From Candidatus Acidiferrum sp. (GTDB taxonomy: Bacteria; Acidobacteriota; Terriglobia; Acidiferrales; UBA7541), in assembly GCA_041486245.1 (NCBI GenBank), contig JBGPLB010000003.1:5032-69031 (forward strand): 64,000 nt of DNA, read 5' to 3'. A program made the position numbers and the translations under genes. Each line of letters begins with the position of its first letter. The stretch's first letter is position 1. Shown here in pieces: positions 19,101 to 28,120 of the stretch. The notes beneath the pieces were generated by a model. The model ran no database searches, was not told the origin of the DNA, and saw only the letters and a list, made by a program, of their open reading frames with translations.

Positions 19101-19397
19101 GCGCAACGCTGGCATATTCTCCTGGCCCGCGATGGATTTGCGAAGGACAAGCCGGTTTCGTTCGAGGATGGACTTACGACAATTCGATTTACTTTGGAAA
19201 ACCGCGCAACTGAGAATCACGAGACGATGGTTCGAATTGCGGGGTTGCCCGCGGGAAGCTACAAAGCAACGGTACAGAACCATCCGGCGGAAAGACTGAC
19301 AGTTCACGACGGCGAAGAACAGCAGATTCGAATCCCCGTGGAGGCCTCGGGCGCTACTGTGGTCATCGCGCGAGTCCTTGCCTCGACTCACCGCTAG
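16179..19397 (+). CDS. Large secreted protein of unknown function, paralog B, with an inserted discoidin (F5/8 type C)-like domain
   Basis: In-frame TTG at 16179 lies 7 nt after GGAGG (16167-16171) and gives the signal peptide (M)RFSFTFLFLAAFSLPPLASPQS. The longer ORF from 15813 would overlap the divergent gene. The discoidin-like segment is WVQYDFPEPKQVHSVQVYW...WRILYRDGEDWKEV...ALRIEAQL. Confidence 0.85.
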   Translation: MRFSFTFLFLAAFSLPPLASPQSLQNSEFHVTYSSSGVTNLKRVQDKYDTDYIARGRTLGDILIRYRSEGEKEWRKASAALLDPKNSSPEQNVTFSIGELVPTLASLARPSDSVHSPAVSALNDQLLPENSQDESIPRFFWFGRNGTAEWVQYDFPEPKQVHSVQVYWAIHDEDANPGRLPKSWRILYRDGEDWKEVNSRTSYPVAADRINTIEFDPVTTSALRIEAQLQDGATAGMFLWGLNGEGREVAPIHDLHASESFHLQDNALIWTISLKNESTRELEIGDLALPIQFNTQYVWDKTETYTKRLIPHTLIAGNGSFLFWMRTNTEGPYLVMTPAPGSGLEYFEPRGFGRGVAYYIHSAAAGEELQAKGGTWRLPHTKILLQPSGQSGDSATYQFRFRWAEDYSAVRNVLYEDGDFDINVVPGMTIPTDLTAMFSLRTHNKIRAVVPEHPEATRIEYLGVRGKDVHVYKVRFSRLGENLLKVDYGNSQYLSLEFFVTEPLETLFKKRASFLVSQEQVNDSSKWYKTVFSQWDMKHEILRSPDDLDGLQSYAVASDDPALGKAPYIAGKNIFYPSQPEIDAVESYLKDFVWGGLQETDKEPYPYAIYGIPNWKVNRDSSKDDPSGKKHIWRIYDYPHVILLYYNMYRVAKLYPSMTKYLDKDAYLERAFGTAKAFFTVPLEIVKWSPYETGTYNEVVIPDLIDALYENGHKEQGDWLKAAWEKKVKHFINDHPYLFGSEYPFDSTGFESTHAFAKYAIGHVLHPRETARPGESADVFNRTVKYEDAVSFLEEQMKLNLACRGWLETAYYYLGSDYRGSGPSNYTLSYMAQMGGWAVSDYALYFARDPIPYLRLGYASYLSSWALLNSGTPESNYGYWYPGKNNDGGAGGGFEPRPWGRAWFGNKEMGRGSWWYSGEIDLGYSGALRSAATIVVDDPIFGLFAYGGELSREKNLIQVIPKDGLRARFHIMRGAQRWHILLARDGFAKDKPVSFEDGLTTIRFTLENRATENHETMVRIAGLPAGSYKATVQNHPAERLTVHDGEEQQIRIPVEASGATVVIARVLASTHR

Positions 19398-19526
19398 AAG
19401 TCACTTATCTCTAAGAACAGCAAACTTGTGGAGCGTTTGGCAGCGTTTTCAGCGGAATACAAGATTCCGCAAGCAGATATGCGAATTGATGGGGAAAAAT
19501 GAAATGCAAGCGATTGCAGAAAGTCC

Positions 19527-19555
19527 TTGACACTGCCTATTTTATACATTATATC
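19527..19555 (+). promoter_or_regulatory. sigma70-like promoter candidate for TBDR1
   Basis: TTGACA (19527-19532), a 17-nt spacer, then TATATC (19550-19555). This lies about 75 nt upstream of the ATG at 19629. Confidence 0.35.
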
Positions 19556-19628
19556 CAACCTAGTTTTTGGGGTGTCTTGCATCCGCATCACCGATTTTCA
19601 CGCTTTGATTCACGGCAAGGGAGGGGTT

Positions 19629-22600
19629 ATGCCGCAGAAAAGAAATTCGCCCGTTCGATGGAGCTGCGTTCTAGGGGTAGTAGCTTTGCTCGCCGTTGTG
19701 GCTCCCGCCGCATGGCCACAAACGAGTTCCCAAGGCACCGTGACCGTGTTGGTTATGGATCCAAGCGCAGGCATCGTCCAGGGTGCCAAGTTGGTGCTTC
19801 AAAACACGGCCACCAACGAAGTGCATGATGCGGAAACGCAGCAGGTGGGAAGCTACACCTTTGTGGCTCTGCCGCTCGGAACGTACAGACTTACCGTTTC
19901 AAAATCCGGCTTTCAGACGGAAGTCCTGGATTCTGTTGTGGTTCAGGGGGGGCGGGCGACCGATGTCAAGGTTACCCTGAAAGTAGGGGCAGCGACCGAG
20001 AAAGTTGTCGTCAGCGAGAGCTCGGTGCCGCTGGTGGAGCTCACTTCGAGCGCCATCTCAACGACCATCGATACGAAACAAATCGAAGAATTGCCATTGC
20101 AGGGCCGCGATATCAGCAGCCTTGCACAGTTGTCGCCGGGATACAGCGGCACGGGAGGATTCGGCACCTGGAACGGTCTGCCAGTGATCGCACAAGGAAA
20201 CACCATTGACGGTGTGGTTTCCTCGACGAGCCGCATGAAATTCGCGGGCAACGTGCAACCTGGCTTGGAAGCGCGCCTCGAGGATATTCAGGAGATGAGC
20301 GTTCAGAGCAGCCAGGCAGACTTGAATCAGGGAATGGGCCTGGCCGCTATGCAGGTGAATTTCGTGACGCGCAGCGGCAGCAACGACTATCACGGAAGAA
20401 TCTTCGAAGATTTTCGCAATACCGCACTGAACGCCAACAGTTGGTTCAACAATGCGGTCGGTCTGCCGAAGACTCCCATCATTCTCAATGAATTTGGGGG
20501 AAGTGCGGGCGGCCACATCATCAAGGACAAGCTCTTCTTCTTCGGATCGTTCGCGATGGCCAAGCAGCCTGGCGGCTACATCGCCGGCTCTCAAGTGTTG
20601 TCTTCATTGGCACAGCAGGGCATTCTGACGGAAGCGAATGGAACACAAGTTAATCTCTTCACGCAGGTTGCCCAGCCGAATGGGCTGCCAAACTGCGTCA
20701 CTACTCCCAGTATTTGCCAGGCGTTTGCGACTCAGCAGGCGCTGATTAACAAAGGGGTGGCCAGCGGAGGTGTGTCACTTTCCGATTCCGGTGACCCGAA
20801 TGTCCAGAACGTGAGCTGGTTGGTACCTTCGCCAACTACCAAATATTATCCAGCTTTCCGCGTGGACTACAACGCCTCGCAAAAGGTTCGCATCGACTTT
20901 TCGTTCGAGGAGACCAAGGTCAACCAGCCGAATGCGTCTTCTCCTTTTTTCCCCGGCTCGGATTTTGCAAGTCAGGCGGCGTCGTTCAAGTCGAACAACT
21001 ATATCGCCTCGTTGGGAGTGAATTGGACGATCAAGCCGACCCTGATCAACCAGTTCCGCGTGGGCTATTATTACAATGCATTTTGGTACGCGTTCGGTGG
21101 AAATCCCGCTTGGGATACTCTGCCCCAGATCAACTGGGCCATTGGAGCGTCGGGCGAGACATTTCAACTTCCTGTAACGACCTACTACCCGATTGTGAAC
21201 GCCTCCGACAACGCGACTTGGATGCGCGGAAGACACACGGTTACGTTTGGATTCAACTTTTTCCGGGAGCAGGATCACTATTGGAACCCGCCTGACGGAA
21301 TTCCAAGCGTTAGTCTGGGGCTGGTGAACGGCGATCCGGCTTTCCAACCCTTTGAAAACTATTTCCCTGGCGATACACAAGACACGACCGATGCCGAAAA
21401 TCTGTATGCAACTCTCATAGGCCGGATTTCGGGTGTCGGCCCCGTAGGTAGCGGTTTTCCCTATGATCAGAAGACGGGCCAGTATGCTACCAAGCCCGGG
21501 TCGGCCTACAACCTGGACGAACTCCAAAAAGGCTGGGGACTTTACGCGCACGATTCTTTCCGCCTCACCCCGCGGTTAACAATTAACTACGGCCTGCGGT
21601 GGGACTTCACCGGGGACAACCACGATCTGACTGCCGCGTATCACGGCGCTTCGCTAGCCGAAATTTTTGGACCCTCGGGTGCTGGCAACGCATTCCAACC
21701 CGGGACTCTGACGGGTGATCTCAATCCTTCTTACGTAGCGAGCAGCCACCAATACAATGGATGGAATGTAACTCCCCAGCCGACGATTGGGCTGGCGTGG
21801 AATCCGACTGGTTCCGAGGGGTTTCTGGGGAAATTGCTCGGCGGAAATAACACGGTCATTCGCGCCGGGTTCGATATCAAACGATTCACCGAACCCTATC
21901 AATATTTCTGGAATAGCGCTTCGAACCACGGCATGGCATTCTTCCAAAGCTTCTCACTCCAGCCCGCCGCTGGTGGGGGGACAGGCACATTCCCGACTGG
22001 CAGTCTTTCTCTTCCCAGCCAGCCGACTGATGCAAACCTAGCTACTGTCCTCGCCCCCTATCCATATTCCGTGGCTCCGCCAGCTTATGCAGCCAGCCTT
22101 CAGCAGTCGCTGTTTACGTGGAATTACTACTTCTCGGGCGCCGGAATGGATCCCAACATCAAGGAGCCCTACGTGCAGCAATGGAACCTTGGTATCCAGC
22201 GACAGCTGGGAGCCAGCAACGTCCTGGAAATCCGTTACCTCGGCCATAGAACCCTTCATCAATGGATCGGGGTCAACACCAACGAAGTGAACATTTTCGA
22301 AAACGGTTTCCTTCAGGAATTCAAGAATGCACAATCAAACCTGAAGATCTGCATGGCCACGCCAAGCTGTGCTTCTGCTCCCAGCTTCGGTAACAAGGGC
22401 ATAGTGGGTCAGGTGGCGTTGCCGATTTTCGACACAGCGTTTAGGACGGAGTCCGGGGGACCGGGAAGTTTTGCCGACTACACCAACGGTTCCTTCATCA
22501 CAGACTTGAACCGGGGAGCTGCCGGGACCTTGGCTCTCCAACTGGCTTATCCGTTTGGGAATGCACCGTACATTTGCAATTTGGTTGGGTCTTCGCTCTC

Positions 22601-23546
22601 GCCGTGCTCCACACAGTACAGTTATACGACTCCAGGGGCCTACCCAGTCAATTTCTTCCAAGCGAATCCGTATGCCGATGGAATCGGCTTCAAGAATTTT
22701 GGCGATACGGCCGCAAACGCTTCCTTCTTGAGCGCGGCTGGCTTCGGCACCTATAACGCACTTCAAGTGGACTTCCGCCAGAAGCAGTGGCACGGCATGC
22801 AGTTCGATGTGAATTACACCTGGAGCCACACGCTCGGAGTACAGCCGGACGGTCAGTGGACCGGAGCCGTAAATATCTACTCGATCCGAGACCTGAATCA
22901 AGCTTATGCACCGACCTTGTTCGATCTGAGGCACGTCATGCATGCCAGTGGAACGTTTGATTTGCCTTTTGGGCATGGCAAGAAATTTCTCAACCGCACG
23001 GGCGTCCTGGACAAGGTGGTGGGCGGGTGGACGCTCGGAACAATCTTCACTTATCAGACGGGATTCCCGTTTCAGTTGACGGGAGCTTACAAGACGTTTA
23101 ACGAGTATGGAGCAGGCGGTCTGGCACTAAACGGGGTCAGCGTATCCCAGTTGCAAGCCAGCCTAGGCGTGAGAAATCCGAACTGTAGCTCGGCTTGCGG
23201 ATTTGTCAACGACATCAATCCAAGCCTTCTGACGTCACTTGTCCCAGGCAGCGCCTGCCAGAGTCGCTTGACCAGCGTTTGTCAGAACACAACGCCGGGA
23301 ACATTTGGCAGTCAAGTGTGGCTCTACGGGCCTCATCTATGGAACGACGACCTGTCGCTCTCGAAGGTGGTTCCGTTCGGAGAACGGTTCCGGTTCATCC
23401 TCCAGGGAGAGTTCTTGAACGCATTTAACCACCCCAATTTTGCGAATCCCAATGCCAACATTTCCTCTTCGAGCTTTGGGCATTCCGGTCCGAGCAACTT
23501 TAACGGTCCGCGCGTAATCGAGCTGCGGGCCAACATTTCGTTCTAA
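19629..23546 (+). CDS. TonB-dependent outer-membrane receptor with an N-terminal carboxypeptidase-regulatory-like domain (TBDR1)
   Basis: ATG at 19629 after GGGAGGGG. Signal peptide, then a CarboxypepD_reg-like beta-sandwich (GTVTVLVMDPSAGIVQGAKLVLQN...GTYRLTVSKSGF), a plug motif (IEELPLQGRDISSLAQLSPGY), a long beta-barrel and a C-terminal aromatic residue (ANISF). Confidence 0.9.
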   Translation: MPQKRNSPVRWSCVLGVVALLAVVAPAAWPQTSSQGTVTVLVMDPSAGIVQGAKLVLQNTATNEVHDAETQQVGSYTFVALPLGTYRLTVSKSGFQTEVLDSVVVQGGRATDVKVTLKVGAATEKVVVSESSVPLVELTSSAISTTIDTKQIEELPLQGRDISSLAQLSPGYSGTGGFGTWNGLPVIAQGNTIDGVVSSTSRMKFAGNVQPGLEARLEDIQEMSVQSSQADLNQGMGLAAMQVNFVTRSGSNDYHGRIFEDFRNTALNANSWFNNAVGLPKTPIILNEFGGSAGGHIIKDKLFFFGSFAMAKQPGGYIAGSQVLSSLAQQGILTEANGTQVNLFTQVAQPNGLPNCVTTPSICQAFATQQALINKGVASGGVSLSDSGDPNVQNVSWLVPSPTTKYYPAFRVDYNASQKVRIDFSFEETKVNQPNASSPFFPGSDFASQAASFKSNNYIASLGVNWTIKPTLINQFRVGYYYNAFWYAFGGNPAWDTLPQINWAIGASGETFQLPVTTYYPIVNASDNATWMRGRHTVTFGFNFFREQDHYWNPPDGIPSVSLGLVNGDPAFQPFENYFPGDTQDTTDAENLYATLIGRISGVGPVGSGFPYDQKTGQYATKPGSAYNLDELQKGWGLYAHDSFRLTPRLTINYGLRWDFTGDNHDLTAAYHGASLAEIFGPSGAGNAFQPGTLTGDLNPSYVASSHQYNGWNVTPQPTIGLAWNPTGSEGFLGKLLGGNNTVIRAGFDIKRFTEPYQYFWNSASNHGMAFFQSFSLQPAAGGGTGTFPTGSLSLPSQPTDANLATVLAPYPYSVAPPAYAASLQQSLFTWNYYFSGAGMDPNIKEPYVQQWNLGIQRQLGASNVLEIRYLGHRTLHQWIGVNTNEVNIFENGFLQEFKNAQSNLKICMATPSCASAPSFGNKGIVGQVALPIFDTAFRTESGGPGSFADYTNGSFITDLNRGAAGTLALQLAYPFGNAPYICNLVGSSLSPCSTQYSYTTPGAYPVNFFQANPYADGIGFKNFGDTAANASFLSAAGFGTYNALQVDFRQKQWHGMQFDVNYTWSHTLGVQPDGQWTGAVNIYSIRDLNQAYAPTLFDLRHVMHASGTFDLPFGHGKKFLNRTGVLDKVVGGWTLGTIFTYQTGFPFQLTGAYKTFNEYGAGGLALNGVSVSQLQASLGVRNPNCSSACGFVNDINPSLLTSLVPGSACQSRLTSVCQNTTPGTFGSQVWLYGPHLWNDDLSLSKVVPFGERFRFILQGEFLNAFNHPNFANPNANISSSSFGHSGPSNFNGPRVIELRANISF

Positions 23547-23576
23547 AGCCAGTCTAGGCGGCCTTATCGGACTGGT

Positions 23577-23649
23577 GGAGGCATTCACCGAGCAGAATTC
23601 TTCTCCCCCACACCCCGGGAGAGTTCGGTGGATGCCTCCTTTTCTGTTT
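23577..23649 (+). terminator. Rho-independent terminator candidate after TBDR1
   Basis: 15-bp stem GGAGGCATTCACCGA / TCGGTGGATGCCTCC (one G-U pair) encloses an inner CTCCC/GGGAG hairpin and is followed by TTTTCTGTTT. Confidence 0.6.
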
Positions 23650-23824
23650 GCACCACCACGATTGCGCGCGCAAGCACTCACCTCGCGGCGACGCAGGTAA
23701 TCGGATAAAAGCCTTCCGGTCCCTTCGTCGCTGCTCTTTGATGGTTCAATCTTTTTTGAAGCTGTGTGAGAATACTCTTCGCGACGCTCAGCGGCCAGTA
23801 ATTCGAACGGTACTAACTCTAGTA

Positions 23825-23853
23825 TTGACAGGTTGTAACAATCATGCTATCCT
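23825..23853 (+). promoter_or_regulatory. sigma70-like promoter candidate upstream of the TPR-CRTAC1 genes
   Basis: TTGACA (23825-23830), 17 nt, then TATCCT (23848-23853). It would give a leader of about 250 nt before the TPR gene. Confidence 0.3.
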
Positions 23854-24104
23854 TGTTTGTGTATTTTGAGCCAAAAACCCGTAACGCCTCCACCCACGCT
23901 CTTGCTGTGCCCGCCGTTGGTCCCGCGATCGCAGCCGCGAGGAACGAGCCCTTTCCCTCTAACCCCTTTATAATCAACATCTCTAGGCTGCCTCATAAGT
24001 GTTGCATACAAAAGACTTACAGATTTGCTAACTCGTTTAGAATCCGCACTTACAAAAAACCGGGGGGAGGGGGCACGTTATCGTTAACTAGGCCCACACC
24101 CTTC

Positions 24105-25142
24105 TTGTCGGGACTCTCGTGCAGCCAAGTCCGCATTCTTCCGAGGCCCCTTTGCCGCATCCGACGGACGCCGTTTGTATGTTCGTCATTCATAGCCAGA
24201 TTCCTTCGCTCTGTTTGTCTGATTCCTGTTGGAATCCTGGTCGCTACGGCAACAGTTGCTGCCCAGACGCGGCCAGTTGCTCCGCCTTCCGCTGCTCCGA
24301 CGGTTGAGCAAGCTATCGACCTCGCTGCCAAAGGCCGCTGTCAGGAAGCTTTGCCGGTTCTAAAGAAGTCCGCCGCGCATCTTCCCGACAAGGATCTGAA
24401 GTATCGTGTGGCGATGGCCACAGTGCGCTGTGCCATGAGCCTTGACCAGGCGGAGACGGCGGTCACAACTCTTCTTCTCCTGAACCGCGAGTTCCCTCAC
24501 GATCCGCAAGTCCTGTATATCACCACGCATTACTACGGACAGCTCGCTTCGCGCGCTGCGCAAGAGCTGGCCGTGACAGCTCCGTCTTCCTATCAAGCGC
24601 ACGAGCTCGAAGCCGAAGCGATGGAGTCACAGGGAAAATGGGATGAGGCGGCGGCGGAATACAAGAAGATCCTGGAGCAAAACCCGAAAGTTCCTGGAAT
24701 TCATTTTCGGCTCGGCCGCGTTGCACTTTCAAAATCAGAGTCTCCCGCGAACACGGACGAGGCAAAAAAAGAATTTGAAGAGGAATTGAAGATTGATCCC
24801 GCCAACGCCGCCGCCGAGTTCTCGCTGGGAGAAATCGCGCGCAGGGCAGGGCAGTGGGAAGAGGCTATCCTGCGATTTACGAACGCGTCCAAACTGGATC
24901 CGGGCTTCGCCGAAGCATTTGTCGCGCTTGGCATGTCACTGAATGCGGCGGAACGTTTCTCCGAGGCAATCAATCCTCTCGAACGGTTTGTAAAGATGCT
25001 GCCTGCCGACCCAGCGGGGCACTACCAACTTTCCATTGCTTACGCGCGCACCGGCCGCAAAGAGGAAGCTACTCGCGAGATGGCCATCCAACGGCAAATT
25101 TTGGAAAAGTCGCCGAACGGGACCCGCCCTAAGGCGAAGTGA
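24105..25142 (+). CDS. Secreted TPR-repeat protein (TPR1); start uncertain
   Basis: TPR-like helical repeats (WDEAAAEYKKILEQNPKVPGIHFRLG, WEEAILRFTNASKLDPGFAEAFVALG, etc.). The hydrophobic signal-like segment FIARFLRSVCLIPVGILVATATVAAQ has no in-frame ATG or GTG before it. The nearest candidate start is the TTG at 24105. The ORF is open back to the ATG at 23844. Confidence 0.7.
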   Translation: MSGLSCSQVRILPRPLCRIRRTPFVCSSFIARFLRSVCLIPVGILVATATVAAQTRPVAPPSAAPTVEQAIDLAAKGRCQEALPVLKKSAAHLPDKDLKYRVAMATVRCAMSLDQAETAVTTLLLLNREFPHDPQVLYITTHYYGQLASRAAQELAVTAPSSYQAHELEAEAMESQGKWDEAAAEYKKILEQNPKVPGIHFRLGRVALSKSESPANTDEAKKEFEEELKIDPANAAAEFSLGEIARRAGQWEEAILRFTNASKLDPGFAEAFVALGMSLNAAERFSEAINPLERFVKMLPADPAGHYQLSIAYARTGRKEEATREMAIQRQILEKSPNGTRPKAK

Positions 25143-25192
25143 GTTCGCAGCTCTGAGAAACCAAAGCCTGCGAGCGGATAAAATGGGATCAG

Positions 25193-26896
25193 ATGGTCTC
25201 TCGACGGCGCATGCTTCAGATTTTAGGTTGGTCCGGCCTGGGAGCCACTCTTGGGCGAGTGAACCCTGCAAGCGCTGCGCTGGCTGTGAACGAAACCGCG
25301 CCCGCGTTTGAAGAAATCCCACCGTCAGCGAGCGGGATTTCCTGGGTTCATGTCAGCGGCCAGTCGCCCGAGATGTACATGCCGGAGACGGTGGGGCCGG
25401 GATGTGCCTTCCTCGACTACGACAATGACGGCTGGATGGACATTTATCTCGTCAATAGCGGGCCGTGCGATTTTTACAAGCCGGCCGCTCCGCTCCGCAA
25501 CGCGCTGTACCGTAACAATCACGACGGCACATTCACAGACGTTACGTTAAAGGCCGGAGTGGCTGGAAACGCTTACGGAATGGGCGCTGCTGCCGGCGAT
25601 TACGACCGCGACGGCCTGCCGGATCTTTACGTGACGCAGTATCCGCGGAGTATCCTCTACCACAACAATGGCGATGGCACGTTTACCGATGTGACCGCAA
25701 AGGCCGGTGTGGCCGCGCCGGGGTGGGCTACGAGCGCAGTCTGGTTCGACTACGACAACGACGGTCTGCTCGATCTCTTCGTTTGCCGGTTCGTGGAATT
25801 CGATAAGTCCAAGAATATTTATTGCGGCTACGGGGCTGCGAACCGGCGCTGGTACTGCAAGCCAAATGTCTATGTTCCCGCTCCCTGCTGGTTGTTTCGC
25901 AATAATAGCGACGGCACGTTTACGGACGTGAGCAAAGAATCCGGGATCGCCAAATCCTTAGCCAAGGCTTGGGGCGTTGTCGCCGCGGATATCAATAACG
26001 ATGGCTGGATGGATCTATTCGTCGGGAATGATACGGTCCCTAATTTTCTGTTCGCCAACCGTGGTAAAGGCCGGTTTGAGGAAATTGGAACGCTCGCGGG
26101 CGTGGGGTACAACCCTTTTGGACTGGCACGATCGGGGATGGGTGTCGATGCCGGCGATTATGACCAGGATGGCTGGCTCGACCTATTCGTTGCCAATGTG
26201 GATCACGAGTCTTTCGCGCTGTATCACAACGGCAAAGACGAATCGTTTAACGATGCGACGCTCGCGAGCGGGATTGGTTCCTCGACGAAACTCTTGAGCG
26301 GATGGGGATTGAAATTTTTTGATTACGACAACGATGGCAATGTGGATTTGCTCCTAGCGAACGGGCATCCTGATCTGATGGTGGAAAACCGGATGCAGGA
26401 CGTCACTTATCGTGAGCCCGTGCTGTTGTTCCGGAATGCAGGCGGAAGTTTCAAAAATGTGAGCGGTCAAAGTGGTCCGGTTTTTTCGAAGAATTTGGCG
26501 GCGCGGGGGCTGGCCCTTGGAGACTTTAACAACGACGGTGGAGTTGATGTGCTGGTGGCGCAAAACGAGGGGCCGCCAGTGTTGCTGCGGAACAACGCTG
26601 GACGCGGGAATCATTGGCTCGGAGTCCGGCTGATTGGCCGGAAAGCGAACATTGACGCCGTTGGCGCAAAACTGAGTTATCAGTCCGGCGATCTTCTGAG
26701 GCATCAGTGGAAAGTGGGAGGAGGCAGCTACCTCTCTTCACATGATCCGCGCGTGGTTCTGGGGCTAGGTCAACGGACCAAGATCGACTGGCTGGAAGTG
26801 AAGTGGCCGAACCCGAGCGGAAAGACAGAGCGATTCACCGATCTTCCCGTCGATCGCTACATTACAATTGAAGAAGGTAAAGGTCGCTGGAGATAG
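25193..26896 (+). CDS. CRTAC1-family protein: seven FG-GAP/VCBS repeats plus an ASPIC/UnbV C-terminal domain (CRTAC1-1)
   Basis: Tat-like signal [19 protein letters not shown]. Seven repeats of the D-x-D/N-x-D-G-x-x-D type ([27 protein letters not shown], and so on). C-terminal [18 protein letters not shown]...[10 protein letters not shown]. Confidence 0.9.
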   Translation: MVSRRRMLQILGWSGLGATLGRVNPASAALAVNETAPAFEEIPPSASGISWVHVSGQSPEMYMPETVGPGCAFLDYDNDGWMDIYLVNSGPCDFYKPAAPLRNALYRNNHDGTFTDVTLKAGVAGNAYGMGAAAGDYDRDGLPDLYVTQYPRSILYHNNGDGTFTDVTAKAGVAAPGWATSAVWFDYDNDGLLDLFVCRFVEFDKSKNIYCGYGAANRRWYCKPNVYVPAPCWLFRNNSDGTFTDVSKESGIAKSLAKAWGVVAADINNDGWMDLFVGNDTVPNFLFANRGKGRFEEIGTLAGVGYNPFGLARSGMGVDAGDYDQDGWLDLFVANVDHESFALYHNGKDESFNDATLASGIGSSTKLLSGWGLKFFDYDNDGNVDLLLANGHPDLMVENRMQDVTYREPVLLFRNAGGSFKNVSGQSGPVFSKNLAARGLALGDFNNDGGVDVLVAQNEGPPVLLRNNAGRGNHWLGVRLIGRKANIDAVGAKLSYQSGDLLRHQWKVGGGSYLSSHDPRVVLGLGQRTKIDWLEVKWPNPSGKTERFTDLPVDRYITIEEGKGRWR

Positions 26897-26905
26897 GGAT
26901 TGCAG

Positions 26906-28093
26906 ATGCACAGCTCCCGATGGATGGCGCTCGCGTTGCGAATAAGATTGCCGGCAACGATTACGATCGTTGCCGGAATGTGGCTGCCTGTTTATTCACA
27001 AATTCCAACTCCTGTCTCCACGAATTCTGCGGCGCAGTCTTCGACGAGTGAGGATCCGCAAGCTGAACACGACTTGCAGTTAGGAATCGTTTTGACGCGG
27101 CGGGGATCATTTGCCGAAGCGATTCCGCATTTTCTTGCAGCAAGGGGCCGCGTTCCAGACGAATACGCCTTAGAGTTCAATCTGGCGCTTTGCTACGTCG
27201 GCACCGGCGAATTCGAGAAAGCCATTGCAGTCTTGACGGCGTTGCACGCCGGTCGGCACGAAGGGGTTGGTGTCGAGAACTTGCTTGCGCAAGCGTATGC
27301 GGGAAATGGTCAGGCGGTCGAAGCGTTCGAGGCGCTGCAGCGAGCGGCAGCGTTTACACCGAAGGATGAAAAGCTTTATTTGTTTGTTGCCGATGCTTTC
27401 CTGAGACGTCAAGAAGATGCGCAGAGTCTTCGAGTGATTGAGCTTGGCCTCGAACATCTCCCTGAGTCCGCGCGGCTGCATTATGAGCGAGGTTATTTGC
27501 TTTCGATGCTCGATGATTTTGACGGCGCGAAACCGGATTTTGAACAAGCGATGCGGCTCGCACCGCACTCCGAGATCGGGTATCTTGCGGAAGCACAAGA
27601 AAATCTCCTTGCAGGAAACCTTGCGGAAGCGATTCGCGTTTCGCGGGCCGCCACTGCGGAAGGTCTGCAGGATTACCAGTTGCTGGCAATTCTGGGCGAA
27701 GCGCTGATCCGTGCCGGGGCGAGCCCTGGGCAAGCGGAATTTGTGGAGGCGCGGGCGGCGCTTGAGAAGTCGGTTGCTGTGCGGGCGAATTATGCGAGCG
27801 CTCAAATCGCGCTGGGGCACGTGAACCTGTTGGATGGGCGGATTGATGCAGCTATCGAGCATCTGGAAACTGGGCGACGGCTAACTCCGCAAAACCCAGG
27901 CGCATATTCGCTACTCGCGGCGGCGTACCGGAAGAGCGGGCGGCTAGAGCAATCGAAAGCGATTCTGGCGATCCTTGCGAAGCTGAATCAAGAGCAGGCG
28001 CAAAGAATCCGGACGGCGCCCGGCGAGAGCAAGGCGATTCCCGGAGCGTCAGGAACAAGTCGAGCGGAGAAAAAGCCGCTGACTGAAAGATGA
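26906..28093 (+). CDS. Secreted TPR-repeat protein (TPR2)
   Basis: The start (ATG 26906 or TTG 26900) lies 4-10 nt after the CRTAC1-1 stop. N-terminal hydrophobic segment followed by multiple TPR-like repeats. Confidence 0.8.
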   Translation: MHSSRWMALALRIRLPATITIVAGMWLPVYSQIPTPVSTNSAAQSSTSEDPQAEHDLQLGIVLTRRGSFAEAIPHFLAARGRVPDEYALEFNLALCYVGTGEFEKAIAVLTALHAGRHEGVGVENLLAQAYAGNGQAVEAFEALQRAAAFTPKDEKLYLFVADAFLRRQEDAQSLRVIELGLEHLPESARLHYERGYLLSMLDDFDGAKPDFEQAMRLAPHSEIGYLAEAQENLLAGNLAEAIRVSRAATAEGLQDYQLLAILGEALIRAGASPGQAEFVEARAALEKSVAVRANYASAQIALGHVNLLDGRIDAAIEHLETGRRLTPQNPGAYSLLAAAYRKSGRLEQSKAILAILAKLNQEQAQRIRTAPGESKAIPGASGTSRAEKKPLTER

Positions 28094-28120
28094 AAAACTA
28101 TTTTGATTCCGAAAATCCCC

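Noticed and set aside
23844-24104. ATG-initiated 87-aa N-terminal extension of the TPR1 ORF.
   Set aside because: The extension has a non-protein-like composition and precedes the signal-peptide-like segment. The ATG overlaps the -10 of the best promoter candidate. It is not excluded, so the TPR1 start is flagged as uncertain.
25538-25553. Partial match (11 of 16 positions, TACGTTAA core) to the palindromic operator motif, inside CRTAC1-1 coding sequence.
   Set aside because: It is explained by the codons for the conserved TDVTLKAG repeat motif. It lies in coding DNA and has poor flanks. It serves as a caution on the background rate for the operator finding.
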